A program made the position numbers and the translations under genes. This document shows, piece after piece, positions 1-12,687 of a DNA stretch of 64,000 bases. Each line of letters begins with the position of its first letter. Within the stretch, counting starts at the first letter, position 1. The notes beneath the pieces were generated by a model that had not been told where the DNA came from, did not search any database, and saw nothing but the letters and a program-made list of their open reading frames with translations. Source of the DNA: Mantamonas sphyraenae STR306 (Eukaryota > Protista > CRuMs); the NCBI GenBank assembly GCA_026936335.1, contig JAPMXV010000030.1, forward strand, positions 248,001 to 312,000, written 5' to 3'.

Positions 1-3000
1 TTCCCAGCAACGCCGCCGCCCACATCCACGCTCTTGGCTGCACGCAGAAACGCACCGCCGCCTCCCGTCGCAGGTGTCACCGCTCCCGTCGTCTTCATAC
101 CGCTCAGTGGCGTGTTGCTGCTCTCACGCCCAGGCACAACCAGGTGCGACAGTCCCGTGCGTCCGCTCCTTTCAAATTCCAGCTTGTTGTGTTTGTCAAT
201 GATACCCTTGCGCGAGAGCCCAAAGTCCGTCAGCTTCACGTGGCCGTCCGCCCCAATCAGGATGTTGTCCGGTTTCAAGTCACGGTGCACAATGCCCTTT
301 CCGTGCAGATACTCCAGCGCAAGCACCAGCTCTGCCACATACCGCTTCGCCACGTGCTCCTGCAACCGCCGCACCATTTGCAGCAGCGAAAACAGGTCTC
401 CGCCGGGCATGTACTCCATCACCATGTACAGGTACTTCTTCGACTGGAACGAAAAGAACAGCTTCACCACATAGTGGTTGTCCGTGCTGATCATGATCTT
501 CCGCTCAGCCTTTACGTGGCCCACCTGGTTCTTGCGCACCATCTCCTCCTTGCTCAGCACCTTTACCGCGTACACGTCGTCTGTGCGCACCTTGCGGCAC
601 AAAAACACACGCCCGTACGCTCCCCGGCTGATTGGCTTCAGCACTGTGAAATCACGCACTCGCGGAGGTTTGATCACATCCCTGCGTCGTGCTCTTCGAC
701 GTGACCGCCTACCACTGCTGCTGCTGCTGCTGCTACTGCTGCTACTGCTGCCAGTGCCCCTGTCCTTCTTGTTGTCGCCCCCCACACGTCCGTCCAGATG
801 GATGCTCGTCTGCACAAACTGCAACGTTGTGATCGCCTTGCGCTTGCGCCTGCAAAGCTTCTGCACACGCGCAGCCACAAACCGCTGCGCCTTGTTCAGC
901 TCCTCGTCCGCTGCAATCAGCCGCAACGATCGGATGCATTTTGTCATCTGTTTCGGCGCCTGCTCTGTGTTGTGACGCACACGACGCGCACGGCGCACCT
1001 GCGCCACAAGCATACGCCACGTCTCCACAGTGCGGCTCAGCAGCTTCTGCTCCTCTGATTCCTCCGTGTCCCGTGGCGAGTCTCGCCCGTCCTCTCTTTC
1101 ACCACTCACAGACGACGTCGTAGACGATGACATCGACGAAGACCGTGACTCATCCCCTCCTTCCTCTGACTGTTCCTCCAGCACAATCAGAGGTGTCTTT
1201 TGGCTCGGATCCCCTGCCCCCGGTGCCTCTGGGAACAGCAGGCTGTTGCCCAGCTGCTGCCGCTCCAGCTCGTGTATCTTGCTCTCCAGCTTGCGTTCAA
1301 TTACTTGCAGCTGCTGGTTACATGCAACCACTGCCAGCTGCGTCTTTTGCTCCGGCAGACACACTTTCACGTGCTCCAACACCTTTTCCGCAACCACCTC
1401 TTGCTCACACACGCGACACACGACCATCGGCTCACGCTCAAGTGTTGTCCCCGACCCACGTCGGCTGCCGCCTCCCTTCAACGCCCCGCGCGGGCTGTTG
1501 CGAGGACTGCGAGGCGACAACGCTCCCAGTACGGGGCTCTCCGAAGCAAACACTTCCGATGTCCCGCGTGTGATGGCAAGGGCGCTCGATCGCCGGCTTG
1601 CTGCATCCCCATCGTCATCCGCATCCATGGACGGCGACCCACGCACCTCGTGGCTCAATTTGCGTCCCCATGCAGAAACGCGGCTCACATCAAAGTCCAC
1701 CTCCTCCTCCAAATCTTCGTCCACGCTGTTCAAGCGGTTGGTGTTTGCCGACGCCCTGCGCAGCCCTTGTTGTTGTGCGTGCTTGCTCCTTGTTTTTTCA
1801 GTGCTCGTCGACCGCCCTCGCGAGTTGTCATCCACCTCAAAGTGCTGTCTAAGCGGCGTCTGCGGTGTGGATGGAACTTGAGCAGCCACAATGTCGCTCG
1901 TTCGCCGCGACAGCTTGTCGCTCTGCGATCCCTTCCCGTTCCTCTCTCGAGGGCTGTCGTCATCGCTTCTGTCGTCGTCGTCGCCCCACGGATGCTGGCT
2001 GTACCCTGCCGTCGCCGACGCCAACGCCACTGCAGTGCTTCCAAACGTGCGAATATCCACCTCACGAATGCTCGATGTCTTTTCCAGCGTCAACGGTGCC
2101 ACGCGCATCGCAACCGCCATTTTCTCCTTGGGCCGCAGGTCTGTCTGCGGTGGCGACGTCCTTCTGTGCTTCTCCTGCCTCGGCGTGCGCTCTTCTTCCT
2201 CCTCCTCCTCCTCCTCCTCCTCCTCCTCCTCCTCCTCCTCCTCCTCTTCTTCTTCTTCTTCTTCCCCTTCCTCCTGCCTGTCGTCGGCACTCAGTTGCAG
2301 CTCTCCGCTGTCATCCTCACCAAGCTCTCCTCCCGTTTCCAGCCCTGGCACGCGCAAGTCCAGTTCCAGCATTGGAGGTTCCTCGCCAACAAGACTGTCT
2401 CCGCTCGTGTTCGAGCCCGCAGACGTACGCCGTTCGTGCAGATGTTTCTCCGGTGTCGTCAGTGGTGTGATCGACGCGTCCGTCTCCGCTTCCTCCTCTT
2501 CCTCCTGCTCGGCGTCCGCAGACACGCTGTTCTGCATCTTCACGTCCGCAGCAACGCGTTGTTCACGGATCATGTCCACGCTGTCCACCGTCGTCGCACG
2601 CCCAGGCCTCTTGCGAAACGACATCAGCGACGCCACATACGACGCCTGTCCGTTCAGCGCTGCCTCGCGCCTCTCCTCGTCGCTATCCTCCTGCTCATCG
2701 TCTGCTGCCAGCTCGCTGTCCGACACGCTGTCGTGCGTGAACCGTGTGCTCGCATTCGACGACATGTCGCTGTCCGATCGATCTTGCCTCATGACCAACC
2801 CCTCACGTAGCGGCGACTTTGCGTACCGCACCTGCCGTGTGCCGTCGTCCGCCAGCAAACGCCCGCGTTCCAACTTTCCCTCTGAACTCACGCGCCTGCC
2901 TGCGTCCTCGTTCACCTCTCCATTTTCTTTTCGCAGATCGTTGGTTTTCGTTTTCCCCTTGGTGTTGCTCTCCAGAGATCCCGCACGTGGCCGTCGTCCG

Positions 3001-5542
3001 TGCACGGGCGACCGACCACTGTGGATGCTGCGCTTGGCCACTTCCAGATTGCCTGTGCCCGGAAGAAAGTTGTTCACTTCTTCCAAATCCAAGTGTGCAT
3101 GCACGTGTGTGTGTGTGCTTGGTCGCCGCTTTCGATCTCGGCTCTCCGGGCCGCTTGCGTACGCGTCCGACCCAACGCTGTTTGTGCGCTGGTGCGACCA
3201 GCTTGTGTTTGTGCCTGCCGTCGATGAACTGTCCATCTCCGATCCAGAGTCTGCACTCGACACCATCTCGTCAAACTCCGCCAGGAAGGTGTAGTGCGCC
3301 TCCTCGTCGTCCTCCTCCTCGTTGTTGAAATCAATCGCACGGATCAGCTCGTCCAGATCGTCCTCGTCGTCCAGTTTGTACACGCCCTTGGGTGCATTGG
3401 GCACCTGCTGGTGTCTGCGCTCATGCCTCTCCTGCACCTCGCGCTTGGCCGTCAGCAGCGGCTCCACCAGGCGCGAAATGCGCGAGATGATGCGCAGCAT
3501 CTTGGCGGCCAGATCTCGCCCAAACACCCAACCTTCTTCCCAGTTACTCTTGACCCGTTGGATACGTGTCACTACGTTTGCACAGATGCTCGTCAGCCGC
3601 AATTCCTCCAGCGAGCACATCGTCACGGTGTCGATGCAGTCCACCAGCGTGTCCAGCGCCTCCTTGTACGCATCGTCATTCCGGTCCATCTCCACAACCA
3701 CCTCTTCCATCACCTCGTCCCAATTCTCCTCTGGCTCCTGCATATGTGCAACCTCCAAGTCGTCCATGGCCCCAATGGCCGAGTTGGGACTGCTGTCTCG
3801 TAAACTGTCTTCGTCCTCCTCGCCCACAACCTCCAGCCGTTCCATGGTGGGCACGCTCGCACTGCGGTGCATTTCTCCGCCCGATGAGCCGTCGGAGGTC
3901 GAGCTGCGAGGTGTGACCACTTCCGAAGAGCCCGCCGAGTCTGTGCTGCGCTGTCGCGACCGTGGCTTGAAGTGGTTCTTGCGAAAGGCCACCAGCAGTG
4001 AGCGGATGAAATCGAGGTCGTTGTCCACGTGCCGCTTCTGGATGGCGATCTGGTCTTCCACGGGCAGGAGGGCAAGCGAGCCGTCCGAAACCACACGCAT
4101 GTCGCTTGTGCTCTTGCTGCGTTTTGCACGCGAGTTGCCTCCCTCCACCGTCAACGTAGGCAGCATTTGCCGCATGCCTCCGCCTGCGCTTGTGCTCGAC
4201 GCGCTCGTCAGCGTCGGTCGCGGGTCCGAGCGCGGCTGCCCGTTCACCGTGAAAGCCGACTGTGTGCGTACACGATTCGCCCATTCCGAAAACGGGTCAG
4301 GCGACGCTTCAGACTCTTCGTCTGCTTCGCCTCCACTGCTCGCCGTCTGTACCAGTAGCGAGGGCACACCCAGCTTCTGTGCCCTGCGTTGCAGCGGCGA
4401 CATCCCGCGCGGCACTGGCCCATCTCCGTCTCCCGCTGACTCTGTGCCCGATGAGAAGCTACCTCGAGGCGAACGTGCCTTGTTGGCCGCATCCGTTTTG
4501 CGCGCCTCAATGGCCAGCCGTTCCATGAGCGTTGCGCCCAGCGCGTGCATTGTGCTCAGCGCACGTCGGGGCGGCGGCTGTGCATTCAGGCCCGAGTGAG
4601 ACGTGGATGTGTGTGTGTCGCTTCCAGGAGATGTGTTGCCGTCTCCCAGGTCGATGCGAGACTCGGATGACGTGTGCCGCAGGCCCCGACCGGCGCGTTG
4701 CAGCCTGCTCAACCGCGAGCCTCCCATACCCTGCCCACGCTGGGGCGCAGAGCCTGGGCCTGAGCCGACACGTGTGCTCCGCCCATACAGTTCGTCAGAC
4801 ACCTGTGACTCGGACACGGATGTCACCAGTGGCTGTGTAGGCACCCCGCCCACTTTCTCCCGAGGACTGCTGCTGCGAGCCATTTGTTCTTCCGATGTCC
4901 AGCCCTTACCCATTCGCCCTGCGCTTCCCCACTTTCCGTTCCGTCTTCGCTCGACGTCATATGCTGTACAGGTGACCGTTCGCTCGACCGTGAGGTCACC
5001 GACGTGGTGCGCGTGCTTGCTGTGCTGGAATCCCGGCTCGCAGTGGTGCTGCTGCCGCCCAGGCCTGGCTCCGTTTCGTTGATACTGCTGCTGCCCCAAA
5101 AAGTGTGTGTCGACTTGGACAACGGCCCCGTCGGGCTCGTGGGCCCCTGCGCCGTTGGACTCCCAATGCCAAACTCACTGGCGCTCACTTTTGGACTGGT
5201 GATACTCAGAAGCGCCGTTGTGCGTGGCGAAGCCGGCGTTCGCCGACGTGATCGCTTGCCCGAGCTGCTCGATCGCCTGCTGCCTCCTGGCGACTCGCCT
5301 GTGGTCCTTGTGCTGTTGCCACTCTGCAAGCTGCCCATGTCAACGGGCTCGCGAGCACTGTCCAGGCCCGTGGAACTCCTCCTGCGTGTCGTGAGCCGCC
5401 CCTTGCCAGACGTGCGGTCGCTCCTTTCCGCTTCCTCCTTCGCGTTCGACAGCCCGCCTTCATCCATGGGCTGTTCGATCACGTCGCACTCCTCCTCGTC
5501 CACTTCGTTTGTCGGCGAACGTTGAGTGCCGTGTTGTGCCAT
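1..5542 (-). CDS. Large AGC Ser/Thr kinase, Greatwall/Rim15/IRE family (runs off the left edge; one frameshift at ~4900-5170)
   Basis: Manual minus-strand translation near 200-660 gives DFTVLKPISRGAYGRVFL, YAVKVL, VMEYMPGGDL, HRDLKPDNILI and KLTDFGLS. Upstream are CRVCEQ..LEHVKVC (~1360-1430) and a helical pre-kinase block (~3450-3680), as in IRE/Rim15 kinases. The ORF is absent from the track because its stop lies outside the window. Confidence 0.88.
2192..2265. repeat. (TCC)n/(TCT)n microsatellite encoding poly-Glu in the kinase
   Basis: Trinucleotide run visible in the sequence. Confidence 0.9.
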
Positions 5543-5800
5543 CGGTGGTGGATGGGCTGTGGGGTTTTTGCTGCCAGCGGGAATGCAGGAAACTTGCGTC
5601 GTCTCGTTCAAAATTGGAAAATGACGAAATCCTGCGGTGTGGTGTGCACTATCAAACAATGCAACAAACACACGAGGCAAGGCTGCTGCAAACAGAGGCT
5701 GGCTTTTGTCTTTGCGTCCGGGGCGCAGAGCGCGCTGCCAGCGCTCCCAGCCCCAACCGAAACGTCGCCTTCCGTGCTCTTGACCGTCCCCCAAGTTTGC

Positions 5801-8800
5801 ATGTCCAAACACACGTCCAGGACACAGCAGAGGGAGGAAGTGCACGCCGAGCGGGAGCTTGACACGGCAGCCGGCGCTCGCATCGACGCCGTGTTGGCCT
5901 GGAACGACGACAGCGTGGCAACTCGGCCCTCGTCCACGTCTGCGCGCTCCCAGCATGGTCGACACAGCAATGGGGCAGGCGGGAGCAGACGGGAAGACAC
6001 ACACGAAAGTGGACACAGGCAGCGTGGACAGAGCAGGCAGAGAGTGGACTGGGGCCAGCCCGTGGTGGCAAACCAGCGGCTGGTGGACACTCGGCGCGTG
6101 CTCGTGTCCGAGGACAATGACAACGAACGACGCGTGGCCTGGGACATCAAACAGGAGGTGCAATTGCGAGAGCGATCGGCACACGTCAATCTGGATTATG
6201 CATTGGAGGAGAGTCTGGAGACAACGGGGAGCAAGCGACGCGGGCGCCGAAACCGTCCAACGGCCAGGCCGCCAATCCCCAAAACCGCCCCACCCAAGCC
6301 GCAGCTGCCCAACTTTGCCAAGGCCATGGACGAACACAGGAGTTATGAAAGCACTTTGAAGTGGAACACGCCCTCGAGCCCCGGTGGCGCACATGCCACC
6401 AACGGCCACGCACGCAAACCTGGCCGCAGGAAGAATCGCCGCCCACGCAGCGCCCCGTCCAAGACGCCCTCGTTTGCTCAACCCACCGTCGCCTCTGCCG
6501 CTCGCCACGGACGCAATGTACAGTCGGCCAAGCGTCCTTCGACTGCTCATGGCACGGCACGACCTGCCTCGGCCAAGACCCAACGGCCCGTGAGCGCCCT
6601 GTCCCGCTTGTCCTCGGCAAGCCGCGCCACCTACACAGGCACAGGCAACCGCGCAGACCGCGTGCGCTTTGTACAAACACACCACAGCGACGATAGGGAC
6701 TCTACACACAGGCCTCGCAGTGCCATGCAACCGTCCACCAAGCAGACGCCAGCGCAAAAGGTGCGTTCTCGCTCCGCCACCACGCGGCCTCAGTCCGCAC
6801 CTCTACGTCGCATCCCCACCACACCGGTCTATGCCAGCAAAGTACGCTACAAACACTCGCAAAGCAAGATGGATCTGAGGAATTCGCCGTATCTGGTGCC
6901 CGTAGAGGCACACATCCGCGTCAATCCGTCCGTTCGCTGGCGACGCAGACCAAAGTCTGCCACCATCGCCACGCAGACGTCGCCTGAACCCATGAGACCC
7001 GATCCACAGCAGCAAAACTACAACTACAATGCCAAGCCATCATCCAACCACAATGTACAGGACAGGACCAGCCATGGCAACAAGGAAAATCAAGATTCCC
7101 AGCTGCTCGAGCTGCTCGACGACGACGACGACGACGACGACGAGGAAGAGGACGATGCAACCACAACGACAACCACAACGACCACCACCGCCAACCAGAC
7201 AAAGGCGCACACGCCCCCTCCTGCGACCACAGGTGAACAAACGGGAACGGAGAACGACGACAGCGACGACCGCACCGTCACACCGCCCCGGCAGAGTCCA
7301 GAGCCCAGAAGTCCCAGCATCCGTGTGCAAGAATCCGTTGAACCTGTGGGAGCGCCCCATCTGAGCAGGAAGCAAGTGGAGGAACACACGGAGGCAACGC
7401 GGATCAGGACCGAGCAGGAGGACACGCTGTCGCCCTTGGCAGAAGCGCTCTCGTCTCCGTCGGCCCACCACGACGCAAGCACAGCCGACGACACACAATC
7501 TGTGGTTTCGATGCATTCCAGGTACAGCAGCAACCCGCAAAACGCAGAGGATTCCAAAGAGGATCTGTTTGCTCTCTTCACCGACAGCAACAACGAGTTC
7601 AAGATGGCCCTGCTTGAAGCCTTCCAGCCATGTGTATTTATGGATGGCGAGTTCATCATCACCGCCGGAGACGTGGGCAACGAGATGTACTTCCTGACGA
7701 TGGGCACCGTGGAGGTGTGCAGTCTGCAGGGAGACGTCTTCAAGGAGCTGGAGGAGGGCACCTTTTTCGGCGAGATTGCCTTGCTGTTTGACATCCCACG
7801 CACAGCTTGCATCAAGGCCAAGGGAGAGTGTGCGTGCTACATGCTCGAGCGTGCTGCGTTTGAAGATTGCCTCGACCGCTTCCCGGAAGAGGCTCAGAGG
7901 CTCAAGCGCGCCGCAGAGGCTCGCCTGACCGACTTTGGCGGCGAAGCCGGAGACGTGGACACCAAAGGCAAGGAAAGCGAGCATGGCATGGCCAAGAGCA
8001 GCAGCCGAATGTCTGCAGACGGCGAAAACACAAGCATGGAAGCGGCATCCAAGGCCAAGGGCTCCACAGAGGAGGGCCAGGACATCAACATCTTTGAAAT
8101 GCTGCTTCAGATTGTGTCCATGTTTACAGACACGCACGACGAGTTCAAAACGGCCATTCTGGACGAGCTGGAGGCGATGCACTTTTCAGCCGGCGAGCCG
8201 ATCATCCAAAAGGGCGAAATCGGAGACGCGATGTACTTTGTCACCGCCGGAGAAGTGGAAGTGGTCAACAACAAGGGGGTTGCCTTCAAGACGCTCAAGG
8301 AAGGCAGCTACTTTGGAGAGATTGCGCTGTTGTTCGAGATGAAGCGCACAGTCGACGTGCGCGCAAAGGGGGCGTGCTCGTGCTACAAGCTCACCCGCAC
8401 AGGATACCAACACGTGGTGGGGCTGTATCCTGAAGAGGCAAAGCGCATCACAGAAACCGCCAAGAGCAGGTCGGGAAACAACCCGGATGCGCCCGCAGCG
8501 CCTGTGTTCAGGCCCCCGCCACTGAAGCGGCAAAAGACGGTCAACTTGTTCAAGGAGATTGCACACAGGTGGAAGCGAAAGACGTTTGGGACAACAGAGC
8601 ACATGCGCGAGGTGGTGGAGGAGGCGATGGCCGACGAAGAGGAGCAGAGCAAACAACGGGCAAAGCGCAAGAAACGGAGCACAAAGCGCGGCCGCAAGGG
8701 CAGACCCAAGTCGGCACGGCCAAAGTCGGCTCGCTCACGCGTACGGTTCCACGACAAAACGGACGACATGGACGAACGCACACGGCGCCTGATGGAAAAC

Positions 8801-11487
8801 GAAGACGAACGCAAGCGGTTGCAAAAGAAGTTTGCGCAACGACGTGTGCGACGATGGGTTGGCGACGTGTTGGAGTGGATGCTGGATCACGATGACGACG
8901 GCCTGTCGATTGGCGACTACAGCGATGCGGAAAACGCGGAGTTTGAAGTGGATTTGGGCTCGCAGTGGTCTGGTGACTCAAGCGAGCCCGTGCGCTACGG
9001 CTTGGACGACGACGAAGAAGAAGAGGGGGACAACGCATACGACGTCGATGCAGACACGAACGAGGAGCTAAGCGAGGCATCAAAGAAGCGCGAGGTGTCC
9101 CGAGCCGAGAGCAAGGAGGCAAACGAACGCGGAGGAGCAGCAAGCAAGTGGGCGCTGCGAAGGCAACAAAGCGCACGCTCGAAGCGATCCAACGGAAGCG
9201 GAGTCAACTCCCCGCTGCTGGGAGAGATGACTGGTGAGGAAGACAGCGAGTACGGGAGCGATTTCGACGAGGAAAGCCAGTGGAGCGAGGTGCGCGAGAC
9301 CACGCCGCAACGACAACCAAAGGAAACCAAGTACGCACGTCGGGAAAAGGCGGCTTCGCGTGGAGCTCGCAAGACACGCACATGGGTGGCGCCGGTGCGT
9401 AGGTCGAACCAGGGCTGGGGCGTCGATCAGGGAGGCGTTGGAGGCGTGATCGAGGTGATCGATGACGAAGAGGAGGAGGAGGAAGAAGAAGATGAGGAAG
9501 ACGACGACGAAGAGCGTGATGGACAGGATGAGTTGACGCCGGGTACAGGAAGCATGATGCTGGACGACGGGGGACTCAGCGTACCGAAGGAACCGCTGCA
9601 GCCTTCCGGGTCGTTCTCACACGAGGTGGAACAACGGCTGAAGAAGATCGACGACATGCAAGCCATGCTGCAGGCGACGTCATCGACAGTGTCGAGTGAC
9701 GACAGGTCGGACCGCGAGGCCTCGCCGGCGTGGTCCAGGCGAGGATCGACGGTGGTGCACGAGGAGGCAAACAAGTACGGCGATTTGAGCAAACAGGAGG
9801 AAGAAATCCTGGCACAAATGATGGAAGAGGAGGAAGCGCGGCTTGTAGCAGAGGAGGAGGCGGAGAAAAGGCAGAAGGAGGAGCAAGAAGCGCAGGAAAG
9901 GGAGGACGAAGCAGCCAAGTCCACAAAGGAACAGGTGGAAGAACGACGACTGGATGCGCAAAAGAGAATGGTGGAGGAGAGGAAGGCACGCGTGGCAGCG
10001 AAGAACGCAGAGAAGAAACGTCTGGCAGAACTAGCCAACGAGACCAAGGTGAGCGTTCAGGAGAACGCCGATGAGGTTGATGATGAGAACGAGGCATACT
10101 ATGAGAGTGAGTTCGTGGAGAACGGCGAGGATTCACGAGGAGTGGATGACGAGGAGGACGCTGGCATGGATGGAGCAATGCGAAACAGGAAACAACGGAG
10201 GAGGAAGAACAAGAGGAGGCGGAGGACATTGCAGACACTTCAAAGGAAGAGGAGGAGGAAATGGACGAAGCGGCACGGCAGAAGGCAGAGATGGAGAGGA
10301 AGATCGCAGAGCGCAAAGGCGAAACGGGAAGCAGCAAAACAGGCTGCTGCAGAAGCGGAGGATGAGCCAGCCGAAGAAGCACCGAGGAAGCCCCCGAGGA
10401 AGCCCAGGAAGAGGAAGAGATGGACGAAGCAGCGCGGCAGAAGGCTGAGATGGAACGAAGATCGCAGAGCGCAAGGCGAAACGGGAAGCAGCGAAACAAG
10501 CTGCTGCAGAAGCGGAGGATGAGTCCACGCCAGCCGAAGAAGCACCGGAAGAAATACCCGAGAAAGCCCCCGAGGAAGCCCAAGAAGAGGTGGAAATGGA
10601 CGAAGCAGCGCGGCAGAAGGCAGAGATGGAGAAGAAGATCGCAGAGCGCAAAGCGAAACGGGAAGCAGAGAAACAGGCTGCTGCAGAGAAGCGGAGGATG
10701 AGCCAACCGAAGAAGCACCGAGTCCACGCCAGTCGAAGATGCACCCGAGGAAGCCCCCGAGGAAGCCCAGGAAGAGGAAGAGATGGACGAAGCAGCCCGG
10801 CAGAAGGCTGAAATGGAACGGAAGATCGCAGAGCGCAAGGCGAAACGGGAAGCAGCGAAACAGGCTGCTGCAGAAGCGGAGGATGAGCCAGCCGAAGAAG
10901 CACCGGAAGAAGCACCCGAGGAAGCCCCTGAGGAAGCCCAGGAAGAGGAAGAGATGGACGAAGCAGCGCGGCAGAAGGCTGAGATGGAGACGAAGATCGC
11001 AGAGCGCAAGGCGAAACGGGAAGCAGCGAAACAAGCTGCTGCAAAAGAAGCGGACGATGTTGTCGAGGAGAACAAGTCGGCTGAGGAATCACAGCACGAG
11101 GAAGAAGTGGACAAAGCAGCCCATGAAACAGCAGAGGCAGAAGAAGCGCAGCCACAGACCAAAGACGACGGACCCATCGATGCCACGACAACCACCACCA
11201 CCACGTCGACGTCCAGCGAACCAAGCGAGGAGGTTTCCACATTCGAAGAGATGCCTGTGTCCACGGAACCCGAGTCTGAGCCAAAGATCGAAGCGGCCGA
11301 CCCAAATGACAAGGAGGAAAACGACGACACAACCAACCATCAAGAAGACCAAGACGAGCAAAAACGCCAGCGCGAGGAACTCGAGCGCAAGCTGGCCGAG
11401 AAACGCCGCAAGAAAGAAGCCAGGAAGGCTGCTTTGCTCAAGAAGCAGCAGGAGCGTGAAGAAGCCCTCGTTGCGGAATCCCAATGA
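5801..11487 (+). CDS. Large protein with two cyclic-nucleotide-binding domains and a repetitive acidic coiled-coil C-terminus (frameshifts in the repeat region)
   Basis: Two CNB motifs, GDVGNEMYFLTMGTVEV..GTFFGEIALLFDIPRTACIKA and GEIGDAMYFVTAGEVEV..GSYFGEIALLFEMKRTVDVRA (~7600-8450). The gene continues as the 10783..11487 ORF. Confidence 0.75.
10250..11050 (+). repeat. Coding minisatellite, 5 copies of a ~160-190 bp unit (MDEAARQKAEMERKIAERKAKREAAKQAAAEAEDEPAEEAPEE)
   Basis: Units start with atggacgaagc at about 10261, 10420, 10596, 10783 and 10954. Confidence 0.9.
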
Positions 11488-11532
11488 TATTCCATTCTTC
11501 TTTCTTTGCATTCCACTCTTTCACTTCCCCTC

Positions 11533-12657
11533 CTACAGCATCCTGAACTGGCCTGATTTCGGCTCAATCAGGTCTGAGGAATGAATCAACGCCGCAATGG
11601 CATCGTACACTCGCTGAGACGGTATCATGGACATATGCGGCCGTTGTTTGACCCAATCCACGATAAATGGCCGCAGCACTCCAATCCCCTCCTGGTTGCG
11701 CTGCTGCATCTCCTGCTGCACGCTGCGAACACACTCCAACACCTCTGCCTGCACATCCGCGTCCATAATCAGCATGTACTCGTCTGCGTCCCGGTCCACA
11801 ATACTAAGCAGGCCCTTTGATGCAATCTTGCGTACCAGAGAGCCCAGTGATAGCCGCAGTGTACGCTCAGAGCTCGTGTCTTCGCCAAGGTTTGCTACAA
11901 TCTCCTTTGCCTCCTCCAGCTCGACCAGCTCGTCAAACAAAAACCTACGCCGCTCACCGTACTTTTCCATCATTAGCTTCCACATCAGCGCGCTAGCTTC
12001 CAGCATGGGCCTCTTTTTCTCCTTGTCCAGTTGCTGCTCAAGGCTGATTTGCTTGGCGCCACTTGCCCCGATCTTGGGCCGTTTCGTGTACACCTCGTCC
12101 CGCAGCTGCTTCATCTCAAGCCACCGCAGCGTTTCCTCATTCTGGTCCTTCACAGGCACGATCTGGTGCACGTTCAGCCTGTTGAACGAGTACCGCGCCA
12201 ACTTGCCGCGCACCACCACTTGCGCTCCCAGTTCGTAGCTGCCCACATCCTCGTACTCCTCAAACCCGTGCGCACTCAAGCTTCGCTTCTTCCACTGCAC
12301 CGCACTGCACACACCCGTCCCGTCGTCCACTGTGGTTGGTTTCCCCGCCGGTTGTCAGGAACCTTTGTCTGCACGCCCCATCCCCCCTCCCGCAAAGCAC
12401 TCACATAAATAGTACACAAACTTGGTCTTGTTCTCCACACCCACAACGATGCCACACAGCTCCGCCCGCGCCACAGCATGCCCGTAAAAGTCAAACGACG
12501 TCTCTGCGTCGCCGCCCGCGAAGCTCTTCAACGTAAGCAGCTCGCCACAGAACATCTTCACATATGACCAGAACAGCGGATCCAATCCCCAGTACCGCAC
12601 CTGCTTCGTCGCTTCCTGGATCTCCGGATTCTCCTCCTCCTCGCCCTTGGTGCTCAT
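11533..12657 (-). CDS. STN1: CST complex subunit STN1-like (OB fold plus winged helix); intron 12330-12404
   Basis: WGLDPLFWSYVKMF, ELCGIVVGV, LDDGTGV, VVVRGKL and NEETLRWLE match the STN1 OB fold. The 75-nt GT-AG intron keeps the frame. Confidence 0.75.
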
Positions 12658-12687
12658 CTGCGTTGGCGCCGCCAACGCTTCCTCGCC

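Noticed and set aside
34-4600. Long plus-strand ORFs (1200..2810, 1891..3294, 3322..4599)
   Set aside because: These are antisense shadows of the minus-strand kinase, caused by GC-rich codon bias.
10250-11050. Repeat array as a CRISPR-like or guide array
   Set aside because: The units are long, contiguous and protein-coding, with no unique spacers.
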